A stretch of 64,000 nt of DNA from Eledone cirrhosa (taxonomy: Eukaryota), in NCBI GenBank assembly GCA_964016885.1, contig OZ024755.1, positions 27,838,001 to 27,902,000 on the forward strand, in the 5' to 3' direction. The stretch's first letter is position 1; the number at the start of each line of letters is the position of its first letter. Below are positions 48,780 to 61,975 of the stretch, piece by piece. Made by a program: the position numbers and the translations under genes. The notes under the pieces are model-generated. The model had not been told where the DNA came from. It worked only from the letters and a program-made list of their open reading frames with translations, and did not search any database.

Positions 48780-49420
48780 GGATATGGTCCGAACGTGGAA
48801 AAGCCGAGCTCCCACTGTCATCGTCTCCATCTCTCTCGCCTTCTCCATCTCTCTGTATGGTGAGCAAATGGGGTCCCTCGTGCTGGCCTTCCCACAGCCC
48901 CGGCGGACAGAATGGAAAAGGTGTTTCCCCGGAGGATGGTAAGGGAGATGCGCTGGAAGAGCCATTCGATCTCGCAAGGCTCACACCTGCGGCTGGCCAG
49001 CTCAGCGCCTATGGTGGGGAATAGGGAGGTAGCCCTAGGGCCAAGGACACCAAAAGTCTCCACTGCCAAGGGCACGACCGCAAACCTGTCGGAGAGTTTG
49101 TCCTCCTCAGCCCGAAGTGCAGCAGAACCTGGGTTAATCGCAGACTGCACCAGGTTGCGGCTGGAGAATGTGTCGCTGCAAGTGGCATCGCAGAGAAGGG
49201 GTTTGCCGCTGCAGAACGGGAAGATGGTCATACCGTCTGGCCTTTTGCCGTCCCCTCGGTCCAGTCCCACCGGCTCGAGCTGGGAGGGGAAGCCTGAAGC
49301 ATCCAAGCCATACTTTATAACCTCGTTGAGGGAAGCATGGCGTGGAAGGCGGCCGGCACTGTGGCGACAGGAAAGCGGGTGGAGTCCGAAAGAGTCGACG
49401 GTGGCTCCACAGCAACATTT
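48780..49420 (-). mobile_element. CRE-clade non-LTR fragment (restriction-like endonuclease domain + 3' UTR); further pieces at 51620-51950 (-) and 59836-60290 (+), related family at 56238-56506 (+)
   Basis: LEPVGLDRGDGKRPDGMT..GKPLLCDATC..PLAVETFG..WLFQRISLTILRGN. Confidence 0.8.
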
Positions 49421-49619
49421 GTAAAGTAACTTCTTCTGCAGTCTGAATCTCCTTAATTTTCCACCATTAATAGTACTTTATTTTATTTTATGGGGTCGAT
49501 AAAATAAAGTATCAGTTACGCACTGGGGTCGATTTAATCGACTGTTCCCTCCTCACAAATTGCTGGCCTTGTGCCTATATAAGAAACCATTATTGTATAC
49601 TTCTTACCCTCGTGTAAGC

Positions 49620-50180
49620 ACTTTCATCAATGTTCTCTTTTTATTTATTTATTAAGTAGCACTTGAATTTCTTTCTCATTTTCATTAAACCAATCTCGAT
49701 GTTTCCTATCAACAAAATCAAGAACAGCTGTCGAAGTTCCATAAACCGAAGATTTGAAATCCTACCACATGTTATCACATTGAATCTCGTCCAACTCCTC
49801 CTTTATTAACATCTTCAGTGCCGTAGACGACACCGTTTGAACTCCTTTCCAACTTTGAAGTTACGAACTCGTTCCCAACAGTTCATAACTTCAAAGTTAT
49901 GAACTCGTTCCCAAAAGTTCATAACTTCAAAGTCAGATGGGGTTACTAGTTTATTGATGTGACGTTTGTCAATCAAAATAGTCATTTTACTGAAAAAAAC
50001 CGGCACAACAACTCTAGTTGTGTAAAATATACACGGCAGTCAGGTTAACGCATTTTTAATCCAGTAATATTTGATTTCTTTGGAACAGCACCACCATTTA
50101 CTCGCATAGTCGGATTCACCACAAATTTCACTTGATCGTGAACAAGACGATCTTTTGTCCAGCACTCAACTTCCTGAAAC
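49620..50180 (-). mobile_element. Old RTE/BovB fragment (end of APE domain + linker)
   Basis: ECWTKDRLV and W*DFKSSVY...RKHRDWFNENEKEIQVLL in broken frames. Confidence 0.65.
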
Positions 50181-50909
50181 ATAGGAACGTTACGAACATC
50201 AAGCCTACACACAAGAACAAAAATCTATCATATATCGCTGCTTTGAAACTAAATGCATCCAGGTTGTCATTAGCTTCTGCTTGTGGTGGAAGGGCGGCCG
50301 ATACTTGGATAGTTTGCTCTCTTCGGCTTAGCAGGCAGCAGAGTCTGGGCTGGTAGCCGAACACACCAGGGTAAATTATACTATAAATATTATTAAAACA
50401 GGGAAAACAAAAGCAAAATTTAAACTGTTGCTGCTGTTGCAAGAGTATAAAAAGGAGCGAGGGACAAATTACAAAGTTTTAGGAAAATGTTAGTTAGAGA
50501 AATTGTTCTGTAGCGAAACCTTGACCCCCAGTGACATTTAACTGTCATTTTCTAGGTTAGCTTCTTGTGACGCCAGTGGTCTGAGGTAGTAGGTCATTTT
50601 GGGATGAAGACGAGATAAGTCCTCAAACCAGTCGAACGGGAACCTTCCTACGGTAAACACAGCAGAGTTTTGCTCTGGTCCCCGGCCGGAGATGCATTTT
50701 TTGCCCTGCTCTGGTGGTGGCTCGGTTGTCCACCCCTTTCGCCTGCCTTTTGTTGTATGTGGTCCCAGATGTGTGTGCTAACCGCTTCTGTGTTTTTCTT
50801 TCTTTTATTTTCTCTTTCTTTTCCTTTCTTTTTTTTTCTGTTTTCCCTTTCCCTTTCCTTTATATTATATTTGTTTGTGTTTTCGTTCTGTAAGCATTGT
50901 ATTATAAAG

Positions 50910-52176
50910 GCGGTGGATTGGCGGTGGATTGGCTTTGCAGCATATAGTCACGGCCCTTTACCGTCTGAGTTCAAATCCCGCCGAGGTTAACTTCGCCTTT
51001 CATCCCTTCGGGGTCGATAAAATAAAGTACCAGTAATGTACTGTGGTCGATTTGATCGACTTTTCTCTCCCCTAAAATTACTGAACTTGGGCCTATACTA
51101 GAAACCATGGCAATATCGGTAGAGGTTCGGACGCCATGCTTTGACGCATAGAGTTACGTCCCTTGCCATTCTGAGTTCAAATCCCGCCGAGGTTAATTTT
51201 GCCTTTCATCCTTACGGGGTCGATAAAATAAAGTACCAGTAATGCACTGGGTAATTGCTGGCCTTGTGCCAAAAGTAGAAAATTATTATTACAAGAATTA
51301 CGGCCCTTGCCATTCTGAGTTCAAATCCCGCCGAGGTTAACTTTGCCTTTCATCCTTACGAGGTCGATAAAATAAAGTACCAGTAATGTACTGGGTAATT
51401 TCTGGCCTTGTGCCAAAAGTAGAAAATTATTATTACAAGAATTACGGCCCTTGCCATTCTGAGTTCAAATCCCGCCGAGGTTAACTTTGCCTTTCATCCT
51501 TACGAGGTCGATAAAATAAAGTACCAGTAATACACTGAGATAATTGCTGATCTTGTGCCAAAAGTAGAAACTATTATTATATTTCTTTTTATTCAACAGT
51601 CATCCTATATTTCTTCCTCCCCATCTCTCTGAGCAAATGGGGTCCCAAGTGCTGGCCGCCCCACAGCACCGGCGGACAGAATGGAGAGGGCGTTTCCCTG
51701 GAGGATGGTAAGGGAGACGCGCAGGAAGAGATCCATTCCATCTCGCGAGACTCACACCTGCGACTGGCCAGCTCAGCGCCTATGGTGGTGAGTAGGGAGG
51801 TAGCCCTAGGGCCAAGCACGTAAAATGAAATTATTTCATGGTCATCCACATGACAGGTGTAATGTGTCGGCACACGGAAGAGCCCAACTCCCACTGTCAT
51901 CGCCTCCATCTCTCTGTATTGTGAGCAAATGGTGTCCCACGTGCTGGCCGCCCCATATTTTTCAATTTGTTTTTACACAGATTATTTTGTTTATTGGCAG
52001 TATCGGTAGAGGGTCAGACGCCATGCTTTGCAGCAAAGAGTTACGGCCCTTTACGGTCTGAGTTCAAATCCCGCCGAGGTTAACTTTGCCTTTCATCCTT
52101 CCGGGGTCGATAAAATAAAGTACCAGTAATACACTGGTTAATTGCTGGCCTTGTGCCAAAAGTAGAAACAATTATT
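50910..52176 (+). mobile_element. Cluster of SINE A copies, including a tandem triplication (about 51108-51580)
   Basis: Repeated consensus core and tail. Confidence 0.85.
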
Positions 52177-52500
52177 TTGTTTATCTTAAACTTTGACCTC
52201 TTGATATTCTAATTGAGGCTAATATATTTATACTTCAGAAATAGAATGAAGTAACGTTTATCCACATTAACACAACACTCGCACGATAGCAGGCCTGACG
52301 TTTTCGATCTTTCAGATAGATAAGTACATTTGCAAGGTGTGTGGCTGGTGTGTGTGTATGTGTTTGTGTGTGTGCGTCCTTGTTTGTGTGTGTGTGCATC
52401 TGTGTGTGTGTGTGTGCGTCCGTGTTTGTGTATGTCTATATGTGTGCGTGTGCACGTCCGTATTTATGTGTGTCTATGTATGTGTGTGTGTGTGTGTCTG

Positions 52501-52548
<48 letters not shown>

Positions 52549-53628
52549 CCTTTTTATTTGTTTTCGTCATTAGAATGCGGTCATGCTGAATCACTGTATA
52601 TAATGTTTGTGTAAGTATTTCATAACTTTGATAGAAGTTTAAGCTTCAAATTTGTGATCAAAGAACCAAAACAAAAAACTATAATGGTGAGCGATACATT
52701 TGAGCGATACATTTGATCTTCTCGAAGCTTGTCCAATCAAAATAAATCTTTTTGAACATAAACTGCGATCGAGAGAGAAAGTTTTCACACAGTGGAAGTT
52801 CGGCTCTTCCGTTTTCGGACACATTGCACCTGACACGTGGATCAGCAGTGCCTCTCCTTAGAAATACGACAAGTAAAGTTTTAATATGAAAGGCAGTGTA
52901 TCTCGTTAGAAATATGACTTCTAGAATTAAAACACATGCCGAAGCCGAGTGATGTATATATTCTATTAAACATTTTATGATTTTATTTCCCCACGTTATC
53001 TCACCAAAGAGGGATATCATTAAATGTATTTATGTGGTAAGCATTACTTACAAATTAACCATTCATATTTAATTTTTACGGAAGATAAACTCCCTAAGTT
53101 CTTTTGTTCTTTTGGTTCCGTAACTTCATTAGGGTCGTAGGGGTGCTGCATACGGCGTTTCTTAAGCATTTTAAGCCTGCGGAGCCCATCCCTCTCCAGG
53201 CCTGAGTACAGCAGATTTCTTCCAGAGAGAGAGAGAGGAAGAATCAACCTCAATACTAGACTGGTACATTTTTTTTTATCATATAAGAACTTGCGATCTT
53301 TCTTCAAGAATCAAAATCGTAATTTGGTCCAGACAGATTGGTGTATATGCTGTAGTTCGAATAATAATAATAATTTCTACTATAGGCACAAGGCCAGCAA
53401 TTTTGAGGGAGGGGAAAGTCGATTAAATCGACTCTAGTGCATTACTGGTACTATATTTTATTGACTTCGTAAGGATGAAAGGCAAAGTTGACCTCGGCGG
53501 GATTTGAACTCAGAGAGAAGAGAGCCGGGATGAATACCATAGAACATTCTACCCGACATTCTACCAGACATTCTACCCGACATTCTACCCGACATTCTGA
53601 CGATTCACTGCCTATAATCTAGGTATAA

Positions 53629-54166
53629 ATCATCATCATTATCCGGCGGCCTCAACCGAAATCAACTCAACAATTGATCTCCACGTGGGTCTGTCGTTCA
53701 TTGCTGTTGTCAAGTCCTGGATTTTAATACCAGAATCTCTGGAGATGACATAGGGATAGGAGAGCTTGCGCCTCCTGTTAAGAGTGACTGCTTGTGGTTT
53801 CCAAAGCACTAATGGGGACGCACGATGGCAGTGGCCAGCAAATCTTACGCTCCTTTTACGCACAATGAGAGATATGCGTGGGAGGCCGGCATATATTTCT
53901 TTCAAAGTCGTTTTACGTAAAAGGAGAGTAAGATTTGCTGGCCACTGCCATCGATCGTGCCACCCCTGAATCTGTGTCCCCATTAGTGCTTTGGAAACCA
54001 CAAGCAGTCACTCATAACAAGCTCTCATATCCCTATGTCATCTCCAGAGATTCTGGTATTAAAATCCAAGACTTGGCAACAACAATGAACGACAGACCCA
54101 CGTGGAAATCAATTGTTGAGTCGATTTCGACTGAGGCCGCCGGATGATGATGATGATGATGATGAT
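53629..54166. mobile_element. Head-to-head inverted pair of RTE-clade 3' ends, each with an outward-pointing (tga)n tail
   Basis: RFAGHCHR..PLVLWKP..LSYPYVISRDSG..AMNDRPTW on both strands. Confidence 0.85.
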
Positions 54167-54526
54167 AAAGTCTTTAAATGCTATGGCATTTGGCGTTCAT
54201 AAACGGCTACTGAAATAGCTGCGATTTCAATAATATAACAGACGAGACCACCCGTGACCCGTTGGGTGACGTTTACTTCAAAATATAAAAAAAAAATCAT
54301 GTTCACTTAAAAATAATTTTTAAATAATTAAAATATACACAGACATGTATATAATGTGAAATGAAACTGAAAGGCCCATATATATACGTGTGTGTGTGTG
54401 TATATATATCAATGTGTGTGCGTGTGTATATATATATATATATGTGTGTGTGTATATATATATTTATGTGGATGTTTGTGACCTATATACACTGGTCATA
54501 GACACACACACATATACACACACACG

Positions 54527-54579
<53 letters not shown>

Positions 54580-55295
54580 CTCTTTCAATCTACTCTCACA
54601 CAACCATTATCTCTTTCTCTCTATCCTTCTCTCTCTCTGTTTATGAAGGTACCCAGAAAAACCTCATATCTCGTGATCCAGTGGTCCGACTTACGCGAAA
54701 CTTGTTTTATTCCATTTGTATTCCCATTTCAACAAGGGTCAACTTCCTTTCAAAGTATTTTCCCATTATGCGCCCTTTTGGTTGTATTACATTACAGACA
54801 AGCAAGCAATCACATACTTTAGTAGTGTATGGATGGTATTGGGTTCACGATTTATGAATTAATAAAAAGAAAAAAAAAAAAAAGAAATTACATCGGAAAA
54901 GAAAGAATGAGAGAACAAAGAAAAGTGAGAGCTAAAGTAGGAAACAGACGTTTCCGTATCTTATAGCGATGAAAGAGTCTGATTCGGATGTTCGTACATT
55001 TCTGTATTAGGAACTGGTTCTTTTGTAAAAAGGCTGTAATGAGACCAACTACAATTGACAATCTATTTTCCGTTCATTGGGATTGTATAAATTCCATTCA
55101 TACTCACATCACACACAAACAGAGAAGTACTTCTCGACTCACATCTCTTTCACGCATTCTATACACAATCCTCGTACATGTTTGTGTAAGTAAATAGGAT
55201 TATACATACATACATACACACACACAGACACACATACACACACATACATATATAATAAATGAATATATAAATAAATAAATAATATATATACACAT

Positions 55296-55328
<33 letters not shown>

Positions 55329-55788
55329 AACAATGAGATATATGGTTTGTTGATTATTATTGAACAGAGTTAATTTTATAACAGATTTGAAGCACTCTAC
55401 AGTATATATCTGGAGTATTAATATTAATATATAAATATTAATATATATATATTAATATTAATACTCCAGATAAATACAGTATAATGCTTCATATATATAT
55501 AAATATATATAGATAGATAATACAAGGACGAATGCTTACGCTTTCATTACGTTTATTGGTTGGTGACATGCGTTTCGCTACTGATCAGCTCAAGGTTCGA
55601 TCTGTAGCGATCTGGCCGGACTCTGGAATCAAAAGCTCGTCGGATCTCTGTTGTAGTAATGACAGTAACCAATCATCTTTATATTAGTATACTACACTCT
55701 GTCTAGCTCTACACCTCGACACTGAAGTGAACCTAAACGTCGAGTGCTCACCCGGATGGACGTACAGTAACTCCGCGTTACACTCCCT

Positions 55789-55834
<46 letters not shown>

Positions 55835-55839
<5 letters not shown>

Positions 55840-56040
55840 AACCAGTAAGACCCCGACAGCTGAGCTCAAGCCGTTTCGACGGCTAATTCTGAACGGCTAA
55901 TTCAGTCCAGAATTAGCCGTCGAAACGGCTTGAGCTCAGCTGTCGGGGTCTTACTGGTTCCTATTACCCACTCTACTACCCAAAGTATTGAGTACTTTGG
56001 TGCGTTATGGTCCACCTGGTTCCTTACCACATTTCCTTCG

Positions 56041-56042
<2 letters not shown>
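55835..56042. mobile_element. (TA)n-embedded fold-back element; family also at 57580-57770, 57868-58021 and diverged at 36495-36620
   Basis: Inverted arms 55835-55891 / 55908-55964 plus a one-sided ~78-bp tail. Confidence 0.8.
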
Positions 56043-56112
<70 letters not shown>

Positions 56113-56507
56113 TTTATAAGAACAGATTAACGTTTAAGCAAAGAATCGCTGCTTTCACCATAAACGGAAGATCCCTTGTGCCAAAAGTAGAAACAATTAT
56201 TTATAAACATTTACTATTCTTATATGCCTTCACAAACGCTCGTGAGAGCGCTTGGCTGTTCCAGCACATCATCCTCGCCATCACTCGAGGTAACGCCCCG
56301 AGCGTGCTGGCTTGCCTAAAAAGTTATTAGAGGTAGCAGCTCGGCTGTCCACCCCTTTCGCCTGCCTTTTCTTGTATGTGGTCCCAGATGTGTGTGCTAA
56401 CCGCTTGTGTTTTTCTTTCTTTTTTTTCTCTTTCCTTTTTTGATTTCTCTTTCTCTTTCCATTTCCTTTATATTATATTTCTTTGTGCTTTCGTCCTGTA
56501 AGCATTG

Positions 56508-56982
56508 TCGGACGCTATGCTTTCCAGCATAGTTACGTCCCTTTACGATCTGAGTTCAAATCCCGCCGAGGTTGACTTTGCCTTTCATCCTTACGGGGTC
56601 GATAAAATAAAGTACCAGTAATACACTGAGTAATTACTGGCCTTGTGCCTAAAGTAGAAACAATTATATGTTCAAATCCCGCCGAGGTTAACTTTGCCTT
56701 TCATCCTTACGGGGTCGATAAAATAAAGTACCAGTAATACACTGGTGAATTGTTGGCCTTGTGCCTAACGTAGAAACAATTCTATTATTATATGTGGTTT
56801 GGCAGTATCGGTAGAGCGTCAGGCGTCATGCTTTGCAGCATAGAATTATGGCCCTCTACGGTCTGAGTTCAAATCCCGCCGAGGTTAACTTTGCCTTTCA
56901 TCCTTACGGGATCGATAAAATAAAGTAGCAGTAATACACTGGGATAATTGCTTGCCTTGTGCCAAACGTAGAAACAATTATT
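56508..56982 (+). mobile_element. Three adjacent SINE A copies
   Basis: Consensus match. Confidence 0.85.
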
Positions 56983-57515
56983 ATATTTCTTTTTATACAA
57001 CTGTGAATAAAACTAATAAAGAGTTTTTGTAACTTTACTTACCTTGTAGTACTTACAGATCCCAATTTCGTAGAACCCCTGTGTGTGTCGGCTGCTTAAA
57101 ATTTGAACAACAAACAACAAGAACATCAAATGAATACTTAAAGGAAGGCGGTATCAAATTCGTTATTGAGAAGTACTTTTGGTCCTCTTCACGGGCAGTT
57201 AAGCTGATCTCTTTTGTGTGTGCGCATATATATATATATATATTTATATATTTATATTTTTAACCCTAAAATACATCACCTAATACTAAATAAATATACC
57301 AACTGCACAGCTTTTGTCTGACTTGACTAGAAACAGACTTTTAACTATTGTTGAACCTTGGTACATGATAGATTGTGGTGCTAATGGGAATGGTCTGCCT
57401 TCAGGATATGACAATAACAAAAAGAAAAACGCTGATAACAGAATGGCTGTGTGTGGGAGTCTGTGTTTGTGTGTGTTTGTGTATGCTTGTGAATGTGTGG
57501 GCGTGAGGAGTGTGC

Positions 57516-57583
<68 letters not shown>

Positions 57584-57767
57584 AAGTATGACCTCGACGG
57601 CAGAGCTCAAGCCGTTTCGACGACTATTTCTGGACTGAATTAGCCGTTGAAACGGCTTGAGCTCTGCCGTCGGGATCATACTTTTTCCTATTTCCCACTC
57701 TACTACCCTAAGTATTGAGTACTCTGGTGCGTTATGGTCCATCTGGTTCCTTACCACAATTCCTTTG

Positions 57768-57806
<39 letters not shown>

Positions 57807-57830
57807 CATGTGTGTGTGTATATATATACA

Positions 57831-57868
<38 letters not shown>

Positions 57869-58123
57869 ACGGAGGAAATGTGGTAAGGAACCAGGTGGAC
57901 CATAACGCACCAAAGTACTCAATACTTAGGGTAGTAGAGTGGGTAATAGGAACGAGTAGGACCCCGACGGCTGAGCTCAAGCCGTTTCGACGGCTAATTC
58001 TGGACTAAATCTAGTCCAGAATATCATATCATACATACATACATACATACATATATATATATACATATATATATATATCACAGAAAAAAAGAGGATCAGT
58101 GTTGCGGCGAATGGAATTTATTG

Positions 58124-58219
58124 GACATATTACAATCGTTTCTCTGGCGACCAGCTCGAGGCACGATCGATGTGATGATCGAACCTGACTCTGAAAATCG
58201 CAAGGTCCTCAGATACGTC
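58124..58219 (-). ncRNA. Type I hammerhead motif with a long (~65 nt) stem II region
   Basis: GACGUAU-CUGAGGA-[long hairpin region]-GAAA-C gauu G-UA-AUAUGUC; 7-bp stem I. Confidence 0.62.
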
Positions 58220-58393
58220 TTGATTCTACGAAGCAGATTTTCCTATGTCCTTTTACATCGATATACTTCGCCTGTCGGCTTAGATCCTAGAATGACAACA
58301 ACAGTAATGTTTGTGCTAATGTCAACCATTCTGGTATAAGTGTATCTCCCTTAAGAACTTGTTGGTAGAGGTCGGTAAGATACCTCCGATAGA

Positions 58394-58424
<31 letters not shown>

Positions 58425-58439
58425 TGTATGTATGTATGT

Positions 58440-59060
58440 ATGTATGCATGTCAGGTCACCAGTTGGTGCTACTGGTAACATGTATCCCAGTACAACCTGT
58501 CTCTTAGTCGGGTCGTTGGCGACTAAACTGGCAACCCCACCAAGGTTTCTTGGTGAGGAGGGTGACTTTGGACATCCTGCAGGACTAAAAACAAAACCTG
58601 TCAAAGGGCAAAAGAGCTCTTAAGAGTCAATGGCCATCCAAAATCACCGGGAGAGATGACCCCTTAGCCTTTGTCAAGGCAGAATTCTAGGAGAAGGAAA
58701 ACTCTGATATAACACCTGCAACCCTGATGGTATCCAATGATGTTGACTTGTTCTTCTTTTTGGTAAATATCATCTTGGTTAAGAGAATGGGACTGGCTTT
58801 GTGCAGTACCTTTGCTCACTATAAAAGCTTCACGGCACAGGGATTGCTTTATATCTGGAGAGCTCTCTGCACTTGTCGTCACATGGTACCATGGGCCCAA
58901 CACTATGTGTCAATAATTGTCAGAAGTGTAGTGCTTGTACCAGAGTTTTCAAGTCGCTGGCTGGACTAAAAAGTCACACTCGTTCAGCGCATCGGTAGGA
59001 GTTCTCCTACATGGATATAAAGTAGTGGCCGTACTCGAAAACGAGTTGGCAGCCACCACC
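58440..59060 (-). mobile_element. Probable degraded RTE-type 5'/endonuclease fragment between (TATG)n tracts
   Basis: GC-richer, LINE-like sequence with broken frames; class is tentative. Confidence 0.35.
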
Positions 59061-59980
59061 ATGTATGTATGTATGTATGTATGTATGTATGTATGTATGT
59101 ATGTATGTATGTATGTATGTATGTATGTATGTACGTACGTATGTACGTATGTATGTATGTGTATATGTTGCGTATGTATGTATTTTGAAAGTTCATATCT
59201 AAAATTTGTTTTTATTTATTTTAAATTTATTTTGAAATTTATTTTTATTTTAAAATAACTTTTCATTTACATATCATTTTTCTAATTTTTTAAAATCATT
59301 AGTTTTAATTATTTTAATTCGTTTTATTTATTTTTTATTTTTTTAATTAAATATTTATATTTCTAATTAATTTTGAAATGTTTGTACATTTTTTTAATTA
59401 TTTCAAAAGTATTATTAATTGTATTAATTGCTTTTTAATTACCTGTTAATTTCTTTCGTTTTTTAGATCACATCATTAAATTAATTTTAAAAATTAATTC
59501 TTAATTTTATACTTTTTATGTTTTTATTTTTGATTTTTTAATTTTTAAAATTAGTTTTTTATATTTTATTTGATTTCAATATATTTCTAATTTTTTACAA
59601 TCAATTCTTAAATCTATTCGAGTTTTAATTTATTTTTAGTCATCTTAAATTTACTAATAATCATTAATATTTGTTATTAAATTTTCATTAAAATATTTTT
59701 AATCTGGATGAAATGTGGAGAGGTTTTAAAGAGACTCAGAGACGCCATATAATAATATAGCACCCCTACCATTCCCTCAGGAGTTACGGGTCCATACATA
59801 CATATTCTTTGTACTTTGTTTTAGCAGTTATAACGTTACCTTGGCCCTAGAGCTACCTCCCTACTCACCACCATAGTCGCTGAGCTGGCAAGCTGCAGGT
59901 GTGAGCCTCGCGTGATGGAATGGCTCTTCCGGGGAAACACCTTCTCCAGCACGTGGAACCCCATTTGCTCACAATACAGA

Positions 59981-60267
59981 GAGATGGGGAGGGTAAGAGA
60001 GATGGAGGCGATGACAGTGGGAGTTCGGCTCTTTTGTGCTCGGCCCTGGTGTACGTGTGAGAGATGGGGAGGGCGAGAGAGATGGAGGCGATGACAGTGG
60101 GAGTTCGGCTCTTTTGTGCTCGGCCCTGGTGTACGTGTGAGAGATGGGGAGGGCGAGAGAGATGGAGGCGATGACAGTGGGAGTTCGGCTCTTTTGTGTT
60201 CGGCCCTGGTGTACGTGTGAGAGATGGGGAGGGCGAGAGAGATGGAGGCGATGACAGTGGGTGTTCG
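59981..60267 (+). repeat. 80-bp tandem repeat (about 3.5 copies) made from the CRE 3' UTR
   Basis: Unit gagatggggagggcgagagagatggaggcgatgacagtgggagttcggctcttttgtgctcggccctggtgtacgtgtga. Confidence 0.9.
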
Positions 60268-60689
60268 GACCATGTCCTTCGCTATCAACATGTAAATCTC
60301 TATTGTTTGTCTATGTTATCTTTCTCTTTTCAAAAGGTGTGGAGGAATGAAGCAACTTGGGGGCGTTAGCGCCCACTTTGAGAACCTCTGTACTAGAGTA
60401 TGAAAGCGCGTACCTTAGTGGTTAGGGTCGTGAGTTTGATTTCTTAACAGTGCGATGCGTTCTGCCATTGAGCAAGACGCTTCATTTAACTTTGTTTCAT
60501 TCCATTCAGCCGAAAAAAAAATCAATACTAGTAGCAGCTGTGGGATTAACCCCTGTAATGGACTAGTGTTTGGTTCAGTGGGTGGGGGTGGGGGTCTTTT
60601 CATTAAAACATTCGAGAAACTTCCCATGATATGCATCCTCGTCGGAGGCCATCTACACCTAGATAGATAGCAGCTGTAACATATTTCAA

Positions 60690-60762
60690 TAGAAGATGCC
60701 AATGATTGAACCCAGTTTCTTTAACCTGCAAAGGGAGCACTCGACCTCTGAGCTACTACCCC
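60690..60762 (-). pseudogene. Degenerate tRNA-Ala(TGC) pseudogene
   Basis: ggggtagtagctcagaggtcgagtgctccctTTGCAggttaaagaaactgggttcaatcattggcatcttcta aligns with tRNA-Ala, but the stems are disrupted. Confidence 0.65.
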
Positions 60763-61399
60763 AGCAGATAATAATCGACCTCAGTACTAGACTGGTACTT
60801 TATTTATCGATCTCGAAAGGATGAAAGGTAAAGTTGACTGCAACGGGACTTGAAGTTAGAATGTAAAGAGACTAATTACGGCATTTTGTCCGACGCTCTA
60901 CGAATTCTGCCAATCCAAGCTGTAAATGGACAACACAAAGTGAAACAGTTCTCCACTATAAACAGGGGCAACACAGTGAAAATGCTGAATGTTTCTTTGA
61001 TTAGACGTACCGAGTTTAACTTGAGAAGGACCAGAAGATGAATTCTGTTGCATTGGTTTCACCTGAGTCGTGATTAAGACTGATCGTTAATTGAGCATGA
61101 TCAACTAATTGACTTGATCGGCTGGTCAGACCTGTGAAACGTACCAGGTGTAAAATGTAACACACGTCGCCAAAAAATGTGGGTTTTGAGCCATATTTGA
61201 AATTAAGTTCCTTCTTCATTTCAAAGTGTTCGTTGTATTTACGTAATCAGTGTTCAATAAATACGATTTAAATATATTACAAGTAACAGAACAAAACAGG
61301 ACTAGAATTTGAGGCGGGTAGGCCTCCTCAAAACCGTATGTCCATGGCAACCGTCACACATCTCTCCCCACTCTCTCTAGTTTGGACTGCATATCTCAA

Positions 61400-61975
61400 A
61401 TAATTGTTTCTACCTTTGGCACAAGGCCAGCAATTAACCAGAACATTACTGGTACTTTATTTTATCGACCCCGTAAGGATGAAAGGCAAAGTTAACCTCG
61501 GCGGGATTTGAACTCAGACCGTAAAGGGACGTAACTATACTGGAAAGCATGGCGTCCAACCCTCTACCGATACTGCCAATCCACCGCCTTTCTCAAATAA
61601 TGAAAGACAAGAGTAACAGCAACAACATAAAACAGTTAATCTCTTTTAAGGTTTCAAATTTAATTAACTAATTTCACTTTTAAAATACTATCAAACCAGT
61701 GTGGGAGCATCTGGGTGTTTGCTTGAGATGTTAGAAATGGCAGGTAAATCTATCAAATTACACGCAATCCTTTTTTTAAGTAATGGCACATTTAATAATT
61801 GTTTCTACTTTTAGCACAAGGCCAGCAATTACCCAGTGCATTACTGGTACTTTATTTTATCGACCTCGTAAGGATGAAAGGCAAAGTTAACCTCAGCGGA
61901 ATTTGAACTCAGAATGGCAAGGGCCGTAACTCTATGCGTCAAAGCATGGCGTCCGACTCTCTACCGATACTGCCA
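61400..61975 (-). mobile_element. Two SINE A copies (61400-61590, 61796-61975); more at 62822-62930, 63357-63541 (+) and 63857-64000
   Basis: Consensus match. Confidence 0.85.

Noticed and set aside
50582-50594. TGAGGTAGTAGGT matches the first 13 nt of let-7
   Set aside because: The 3' half diverges and no complementary star arm forms a pre-miRNA hairpin
59170-59705. Extremely AT-rich block as an organellar insertion or control region
   Set aside because: No recognisable gene, tRNA or periodic unit; treated as low-complexity DNA
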